From Acidobacteriota bacterium (GTDB taxonomy: Bacteria; Acidobacteriota; Thermoanaerobaculia; Multivoradales; Multivoraceae), in the NCBI GenBank assembly GCA_003388555.1, contig QQVD01000057.1, positions 43,192 through 107,191 on the forward strand: a DNA stretch of 64,000 nucleotides. The letters run 5' to 3'. Below, piece by piece: positions 58,141 through 64,000 of this stretch (its first letter is position 1; each line of letters opens with the position of its first letter). A program made the position numbers and the translations under genes. Under the pieces are notes generated by a model. The model was not told where the DNA came from and made no database searches. It saw nothing but the letters and a program-made list of their open reading frames with translations.

Positions 58141-58192
58141 GTCGACCTGAGTCGACCTGAGTCGACCCGAGTCGACCTGAGCCACCGAGTCG
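58135..58192. repeat. 10-bp tandem repeat (ACCTGAGTCG / GTCGACCTGA phase, ~5 copies) that includes the radical-SAM stop codon.
   Basis: acctga gtcgacctga gtcgacctga gtcgacccga gtcgacctga gccaccgagtcg read directly. Each unit contains a SalI-like GTCGAC and a TGA. Confidence 0.7.
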
Positions 58193-58600
58193 TCCCTTCG
58201 GCCTGCCGATCTCGACCAAGACCTGGGGCAGGCATCCAGCTTGCAGCCTGGGACAGACGTTGGAGAGGGTTCCCGATCGGTTCGTGAGATCCTTGGGAGT
58301 GCGGAGCCGCCCGCGGACGTTCTGCAATGCGCCGGGCCGGCGGCGCCGTGCCGCGGCTCTGGCGACCTCCCGGTCAACCGGGCGTGGACCCTGCCAAAAC
58401 GTTGTCGCTCGGGCGTGTGAGGCCGACTGCCGCCGTGCGCTCGCGGTGGACTCTGCGGCCAAACACTCTACAATTGTGGGTACCGCTGGCCCTCGGGCGA
58501 GGTCCGCAGGGCGGGGATGCGACAATCCTGCCGTGCGCCTGTCGATGGTCGGACCGAGTACCCCGTCTGCAAAAACTGGCCTCAAGGAGCCAAGATCTAC

Positions 58601-60229
58601 ATGTCTATTCGGGCACGCCTCGCTCTAGTACTCCTCGCCGCTGGCGCGCTCCTGGCGCCCCCATCGTTCGCCCAGGACACCTGCGGCGACGCGCTCAAGG
58701 TCCGCGACTTCGGCACCAGGAACAAGTTCTCCAGCCCCGTCACCACGGTGGAGGAGCTGCAGGCGCTGTTCCAGAACTCTGGTGACGACATCCGCCGGCT
58801 GCTCGCCGAGTCCGGCTTCCAGGGCAACCCCGACGATCTCTTCGCGGCGGTACGCAGCGGCGAGGGAGTGCGCTCGCAGTCGTACGCCCCCGGCCAGCGG
58901 CTCGGCTGGATGTTCTTCCGCCGCAGCGGCAAGCCGGTGGTGCGCGAGAACCTCTGCTGGGCCGGCAAGCAGCCGTTCCAGGGCTGGGAGATCCAGTTCA
59001 CCTCCGGTGACAACTGGTACGCGATGACGGTCCCCGAGGTGTGCGGCAACCTGTCGTTCCTCAACGAGATGCCGACCCCTAAGTGCGCCGTCTCCGTCAA
59101 CGACACCGCGGGCGAGACCTGCGAGAACACGACCATCCAGATCGACGCCACGGGCTCGTTGGCCCAGTCGGTCGAAGTGCAGGTGAAGGCACCGTCGGGC
59201 CGCACCACGACCCTCACCGCGAGCGACGCGCGCTCGGCGTACCGCTGGGAGTACGACTCCGACGAGCCGAAGGGCACCTTCGAGATCGCCGTCATCGGCA
59301 AGTCGCCGACCCCGCGGGGCAACGTGCTCGAGTGCCGCGCCGAGGCCGAGGTGACGCGTGACTGCTGCGTCTCCGCCGAGCCGACGATCTCCCTCACCGC
59401 CGACGCCACCCGCCTCGCTCCTGGCGAGGAGACCACCGTGCGCGCCAACCCCCGGGTGTCCGACTGCACCGAGATCGACAGCGTGACGATCGACGGCCAG
59501 CAGGTGGCGGCGCCGTACGAGCTTCCCTTCTCGCGACTCGACCCGGGCTCGTACCCGATCACCGGCCAGGTGCGTGACGGCCTGGGGCAGACTGCGAGCG
59601 CCTCGGTCACCGTCGAGGTCGTCGCTCCGGTCGCCCAGACCCGCGACAGCGACCGCTACTGGACCTTGCGGCCCTTCCTCGGCCCGGTGCAGACGGATGG
59701 CGACAGCGCGCGGTTCGACTTCGGCGATGGCGAGCGTCGGCGCTATGCCTCCGAATCGGGTTTCGGCTTCGGCGTCGAGGCCGAGTACCACTTCAATCCG
59801 CGAATCGGTCTCGGCTTCGGCGCCCTGCTCGCCGATCCCGGCATCTTCCTCGAGCTGGACATTGACGAGGCCTGGGACATGACGACCGAGGACACCGACC
59901 TGACGGTGGTGTTCATCGGACCGCTGTTCCACCTGACGCCAGAGAGGCGCTTCGACCTCTTCGTCGGCCCGCTGCTCGGCTGGGTGGACTACAGCTCGGT
60001 GAGTTGGAACCTGCTCGGCCAGAATGTTCGTGCCGACCTCGACGGCGACGTCACGCTCGGCGCGCAGGTCGGCTTCGACCTGCCCTTCCGGGCGGACGGC
60101 CCGCTCGGCCTCTACGTCGGAGCCATGTACTTCGGCTCCAAGGCCGAGGTGGAGTCTCCGAGGTTCGATCTGACCGTCAACCCGACCATGTTCCAGGTCG
60201 GTCTCTCCTACGACTTCGGCCGCCGCTGA
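58601..60229 (+). CDS. Secreted hypothetical protein (542 aa) with a Cys-rich N-terminal half and a possible C-terminal beta-barrel-like domain.
   Basis: AAGGAG lies 11 nt upstream. Signal peptide MSIRARLALVLLAAGALLAPPSFAQD. The C-terminal region has alternating hydrophobic patterns (GFGFGVEAEYHFNPRIGLGFGALLAD...FQVGLSYDFGRR). The ORF track start 58517 is artifact. Confidence 0.65.
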   Translation: MSIRARLALVLLAAGALLAPPSFAQDTCGDALKVRDFGTRNKFSSPVTTVEELQALFQNSGDDIRRLLAESGFQGNPDDLFAAVRSGEGVRSQSYAPGQRLGWMFFRRSGKPVVRENLCWAGKQPFQGWEIQFTSGDNWYAMTVPEVCGNLSFLNEMPTPKCAVSVNDTAGETCENTTIQIDATGSLAQSVEVQVKAPSGRTTTLTASDARSAYRWEYDSDEPKGTFEIAVIGKSPTPRGNVLECRAEAEVTRDCCVSAEPTISLTADATRLAPGEETTVRANPRVSDCTEIDSVTIDGQQVAAPYELPFSRLDPGSYPITGQVRDGLGQTASASVTVEVVAPVAQTRDSDRYWTLRPFLGPVQTDGDSARFDFGDGERRRYASESGFGFGVEAEYHFNPRIGLGFGALLADPGIFLELDIDEAWDMTTEDTDLTVVFIGPLFHLTPERRFDLFVGPLLGWVDYSSVSWNLLGQNVRADLDGDVTLGAQVGFDLPFRADGPLGLYVGAMYFGSKAEVESPRFDLTVNPTMFQVGLSYDFGRR

Positions 60230-60325
60230 GGTCTTCGGTACGCGGCTCATCGGGGCGGCAGGCTCCGCCCGGTGAGCCCGCCTGTCGGTGATCGGGCTCG
60301 CGGGGAGACTCGCCGCTTGCCTCGG

Positions 60326-61054
60326 ATGCAGAGTCATCAGGATCGAACCGCCGACCACCCGGGACGCAGCAGCGACCGGGTGGTCGTGCTGTTCACCAAG
60401 CCGGCACGGCCGGGTCGGGTCAAGACCCGGATGACGCCCCACTACACAGCCGCCGAGGCCTGCTCGCTGCACGACGCGTTGTTGCGCGACGTCCTGGCGC
60501 AGACTGCGGTACCGGAGGCCAGCTACGAACTCGTCGTCGCCTGGGCGGTCGACGAAGGCGAGGCTCTGCCTGACGTCGGCGACTGGGTGGCCTCACCGGC
60601 GCCTCGCGTCGTGCGCCAATCGGGGAACGATCTCGGAGAACGCCTCGTGGCGGCGCTCGGGGACCAGTGCACTTTCGGCGCCGAGAGGGTGGCCGCGATC
60701 GGCTCGGACCATCCCGAGCTCGATCGTGATGGGCTCGAGGCCGCCTTCGCGGGACTCGACGATCACGACTGCGTGCTGGCGCCGGCGCAGGACGGCGGCT
60801 ACAGCCTGATCGCGCTGCGCTGCGAGGCGGTGGTCCCGGCCCTCTTCGAGGGCATCGACTGGAGCACGCCCCGAGTCCTCGAGCAGACCCTCTCGCGGCT
60901 CGAGGGGCACGGTCTCAGCGCGCTGCTGCTGGAGGTGATCCACGACATCGACGAGCCCGCCGATCTCGAGGCGCTGGCCCGCCGACTCGCCGCGAGCTCC
61001 GGCCCTGCCCGGGCCGTCGCCACCCTCGCCTGGTTCGAGGAGCACGGAAGATGA
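60326..61054 (+). CDS. DUF2064 / TIGR04282-family glycosyltransferase-like protein.
   Basis: VVVLFTKPARPGRVKTRM matches the DUF2064 N-terminal signature. DGGYSLIAL also matches. An alternative start is 60272. Confidence 0.7.
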   Translation: MQSHQDRTADHPGRSSDRVVVLFTKPARPGRVKTRMTPHYTAAEACSLHDALLRDVLAQTAVPEASYELVVAWAVDEGEALPDVGDWVASPAPRVVRQSGNDLGERLVAALGDQCTFGAERVAAIGSDHPELDRDGLEAAFAGLDDHDCVLAPAQDGGYSLIALRCEAVVPALFEGIDWSTPRVLEQTLSRLEGHGLSALLLEVIHDIDEPADLEALARRLAASSGPARAVATLAWFEEHGR

Positions 61055-62775
61055 CACCGCAGCAGCCGGAGAAACGGGTTGAGCAAGAAGAGGCGCGACA
61101 GGAAGCGCGACGTGGGGCGCGGCCCAGGGCGCGGCAGAGCCTGCAGTGGACGGGGCGATGGCTGGGCCAGCCGGTGCTCGAGGGAGACCAGGCCCGCCGC
61201 TTCGACCGCTGGGCGATCGACGACCTCGGCATGCCTGGCGCGGTGATGATGGAGAGCGCCGCCGCCGCGGTGGTCACCGAGCTGATGCGGCGCTGGCCCG
61301 CGGTGCGGCGGGTGCTGGTCGTCTGCGGTCCGGGCAACAACGGCGCCGATGGGCTCGCGGTGTCCCGGCTCCTCGTCGTGCGGGGGGTCGGCGCGGAGGC
61401 GGCCCTGCTGGCGCGGTCGAAGCTGGAGGACGAGCCGGAGAGCGATGCGGCGCTGCAGCTGCGTACGGTCCGCCGGCTCGGGGTCCCGCTGCACGACGAG
61501 CTTCCGGATCCCGCGTCGTTCGATCTCGTCGTCGACGCGCTCTTCGGTACCGGCCTGTCGCGGCCGCTCTCTGGACGCGCCGCCGACTGGGTCGGGGCGC
61601 TGAACGGCAGCGGCATGCCGATCGTGGCGGTGGACACGCCTTCGGGGTTGGCTGCGCCGGGTGAGGGCGAGGGCGATCCGGGCCCGCTGGTCCGGGCCGA
61701 CCTGACCGTCAGCTTCGTCGCCGCGAAGGGCGAGCAGCTCATCGGCAAGCGCGCCCGTGCCTGCGGCGAGCTGGTCGTCGCGCCGCTGGCGGTGCATCTG
61801 GGGGCCTGGCCCGCACTCGACGTCGGGCTGGAGCTCCTCGGAGGCAGCACGGTGGTGCAGTGGCTGGGCGGACCGCGGGACCCCGACAGCCACAAGGGCG
61901 GCTTCGGACACCTGCTGGTCGTCGCCGGCTCCCTCGGCATGTCGGGTGCCTGCCGGCTCGCCGCGGCAGCGGCCCTGCGCAGCGGCGTCGGCCTGCTCAC
62001 CGCCGCGCCTCCCCGGGCGGTGCGCGCCGAGGTGGCCAGCGCCCTGCCGGAGGCGATGACCCTCGACCTGCCGGGCGACGGTGACGGCGACGGGGCGCGA
62101 CTCGACGAATCCGCGGCCGGCGATCTTCTCGCCGACGGCGAGCGCTACTCGGCGCTGGCCCTGGGGCCCGGGCTCGGAAGGGGCGACGCCGTGCGCGCCG
62201 CCGTGCTGCGTCTGGTCCGGTCCTGTCCACGGCCTCTCGTCGTCGATGCCGACGGCCTCAACGCCTTCGCGTCGCTGGAGGAGATCGCCGACGTTCGCTC
62301 CGAGCAGGCCGGTGAAGCGGGCGGCCTGGTGCTGACGCCGCATCCCGGCGAGCTCGGTCGCCTGCTGGGCCTTCCTGCCGCCGCGGTGCAGGCCGATCGC
62401 CTCGCCGCGGTGAGGGAGGCCGCACGCCTGGCCGGCGCCGTGGTGCTGCTCAAGGGGCGCCACAGCCTGATCGCCGGACCTGCAGGCCGGGTCTGGATCA
62501 ACCCCACAGGCGGGCCTGCGCTGGCCACCGCGGGCAGTGGCGACGTGCTCACCGGAGTCGTTGCGGCGCTGCTGGCGCAAGGACTGGAGCCGCTGCTCGC
62601 GGCCGCGACGGGAGCCTTCGCGCACGGGCTCGCCGGCGAGCTCGCTGGCGCCGAGCAGGGCGAGCGCTCGGCCGTCGCGGGCGATCTGGTCGAGGCGCTG
62701 CCGATCGTGTTCCGGCAGCTGGACGATGTCGCGGCAGGGCGTCTCGAGGGGCCGGCACGGCCGGCGTGGCCGTGA
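61051..62775 (+). CDS. nnr: Bifunctional NAD(P)H-hydrate repair enzyme (epimerase plus ADP-dependent dehydratase, YjeF family).
   Basis: N-terminal epimerase VLVVCGPGNNGADGLAVSRLL. C-terminal dehydratase HKGGFGHLLVVAGS...LTPHPGELGRLL...ATAGSGDVLTG. ATGA overlap with the upstream gene. Confidence 0.9.
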   Translation: MTPQQPEKRVEQEEARQEARRGARPRARQSLQWTGRWLGQPVLEGDQARRFDRWAIDDLGMPGAVMMESAAAAVVTELMRRWPAVRRVLVVCGPGNNGADGLAVSRLLVVRGVGAEAALLARSKLEDEPESDAALQLRTVRRLGVPLHDELPDPASFDLVVDALFGTGLSRPLSGRAADWVGALNGSGMPIVAVDTPSGLAAPGEGEGDPGPLVRADLTVSFVAAKGEQLIGKRARACGELVVAPLAVHLGAWPALDVGLELLGGSTVVQWLGGPRDPDSHKGGFGHLLVVAGSLGMSGACRLAAAAALRSGVGLLTAAPPRAVRAEVASALPEAMTLDLPGDGDGDGARLDESAAGDLLADGERYSALALGPGLGRGDAVRAAVLRLVRSCPRPLVVDADGLNAFASLEEIADVRSEQAGEAGGLVLTPHPGELGRLLGLPAAAVQADRLAAVREAARLAGAVVLLKGRHSLIAGPAGRVWINPTGGPALATAGSGDVLTGVVAALLAQGLEPLLAAATGAFAHGLAGELAGAEQGERSAVAGDLVEALPIVFRQLDDVAAGRLEGPARPAWP

Positions 62776-63320
62776 CCGAGGGGAGGCACCTGAAGGGCCG
62801 GGCCGGCCAGACGGGTCGCGCGGGCCGCATGGACCACAGCGACGAGGCCGATCGGTCGAGTGAGATCGTGGGGGTTTGGGAAGTCGCCGACGAGGCGGCG
62901 ATGATCGAGCTCGGCGAGAGCGTCGGGCGCGCTCTCGCCGGTAGCTCGACGGTCCTGCTCCTGGTCGGCGACCTCGGCAGCGGCAAGACCACCTTCACCA
63001 AGGGCGTCGCGCGCGCGCTGGGGATCGACGCGGCCGAGGTCCTGTCGCCGACCTACACCCTGATCCACGAGTACGTCGGCAGGTCGGGCGCCACGCTCCT
63101 GCACGTCGATCTCTACCGGCTGGATCCCGAGGAGGTCCCTGCGACGGGTCTGGAGGAAGAGCTGGGACGAGCCGGCATCAAGGTCGTAGAGTGGGCCGAG
63201 CGGCTGCCGTGGGAAGAGCCCGGGGCGCTGCGTATCGAGTTCGAACTGCTGGCCGGCGGAGGGCGGCGCCTCAGCGCCCGCCGTGCCGCAGAGGCAGCGA
63301 CGGGTGGAGAAGAAGGATGA
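62766..63320 (+). CDS. tsaE: tRNA threonylcarbamoyladenosine biosynthesis protein TsaE (YjeE).
   Basis: LLLVGDLGSGKTTFTKGVARALGI...VLSPTYTLIHEY. Classic yjeF-yjeE adjacency. An alternative ATG is at 62829. Confidence 0.85.
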   Translation: MAVTEGRHLKGRAGQTGRAGRMDHSDEADRSSEIVGVWEVADEAAMIELGESVGRALAGSSTVLLLVGDLGSGKTTFTKGVARALGIDAAEVLSPTYTLIHEYVGRSGATLLHVDLYRLDPEEVPATGLEEELGRAGIKVVEWAERLPWEEPGALRIEFELLAGGGRRLSARRAAEAATGGEEG

Positions 63321-63327
63321 GTGCAGG

Positions 63328-64000
63328 ATGAACGGGATCCGCAGGCTCGGAGTGGTCGGCTGCGGTCAGATGGGCTCCGGCATCGCCGAGGTCGCCGCGC
63401 TGGCGGGGATCGAGACGGTCGCCCGGGAGGTCAGCGAGGAGCTGTGGCGGGCAGGCCGCGACCGTATCGAGGCCTCTCTCGAGCGCGCCCAGGCGAAGGG
63501 TCGGATCGAGGCCGACGCGGCCGCTGCGGCGTTGTCCCGTTTCCACGGCACCACCGAGCTCGCCGATCTGGCGCAGTGCGATCTGGTGATCGAGGCGGTG
63601 GTCGAGGACCTCGAAGTGAAGCAGCAGCTGTTCGGCCAGCTCGATGCGTTGCTGGAGCCGTCGGGGATCCTGGCCAGCAACACCTCGTCGCTCACCCTGA
63701 CCCAGCTGGCGGTGTGCACCCAGCGTCCAGACCGCTTCCTCGGCCTGCACTTCTTCAACCCGGTGTCGGCGATGCGTCTCGTCGAAGTGGTGCGGACCCT
63801 GATGACCAGTCCCGAGACCCTCGCCGCGGGCCACGAGTTCGTTCACCAGATCGGCAAGCAGGCGGTCGAGTGCAAGGACGGATCGGGCTTCGTGGTCAAC
63901 CGCCTGCTGGTGCCCTACCTGCTCGACGCGGTGCGAGCGCTCGAGCAGAACGTCGCCAGCATGGAGGACATCGACACCGGGATGAAGCTCGGCTGCGGGC
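63328..64000 (+). CDS. 3-hydroxyacyl-CoA / 3-hydroxybutyryl-CoA dehydrogenase, N-terminal part (the gene runs off the window).
   Basis: AAGGA lies 10 nt upstream. Rossmann motif LGVVGCGQMGSGIAEV, then NTSSL and HFFNPV. There is no stop before 64000. Confidence 0.8.
   Translation, partial: MNGIRRLGVVGCGQMGSGIAEVAALAGIETVAREVSEELWRAGRDRIEASLERAQAKGRIEADAAAAALSRFHGTTELADLAQCDLVIEAVVEDLEVKQQLFGQLDALLEPSGILASNTSSLTLTQLAVCTQRPDRFLGLHFFNPVSAMRLVEVVRTLMTSPETLAAGHEFVHQIGKQAVECKDGSGFVVNRLLVPYLLDAVRALEQNVASMEDIDTGMKLGCG

Overview
This is a high-GC (~70%) bacterial chromosomal segment with no rRNA, tRNA, CRISPR array, transposase or integrase that I could recognise. It mixes a conserved housekeeping backbone with many secreted or envelope proteins. 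I could not identify a defined novel system; the most promising candidate is an unexplained cluster of three secreted PQQ-like propellers, an Fe-alcohol dehydrogenase and a HemN-like radical SAM enzyme.

Housekeeping genes recognised:
- yifB/comM, thyA and folA (split by an antisense hypothetical gene), queG
- rpsA followed by an ihfB-like gene, then lpxB
- a yicC-gmk-rpoZ-coaBC operon with a family-4 uracil-DNA glycosylase coupled to its end
- nnr-tsaE, and a partial 3-hydroxyacyl-CoA dehydrogenase at the right edge

Accessory and envelope genes:
- a secreted right-handed beta-helix protein
- a membrane-anchored endonuclease/exonuclease/phosphatase (EEP) plus beta-lactamase-fold fusion
- a 1114-aa ELWxxDGT-repeat protein with a duplicated C-terminal domain
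- a secreted von Willebrand factor A protein with three internal repeats
- four PQQ-like beta-propeller paralogs
- an M16 peptidase, GT2 and GT4 glycosyltransferases, and a SARP/BTAD regulator
- a sodium:solute symporter and a TAXI-type TRAP transporter
- a dynamin-like GTPase and a UbiB/ABC1 kinase

Because of the GC content, long ORFs appear in every frame. Calls rest on protein-like composition, recalled family motifs, start context and gene order. Start coordinates are approximate within a few codons.
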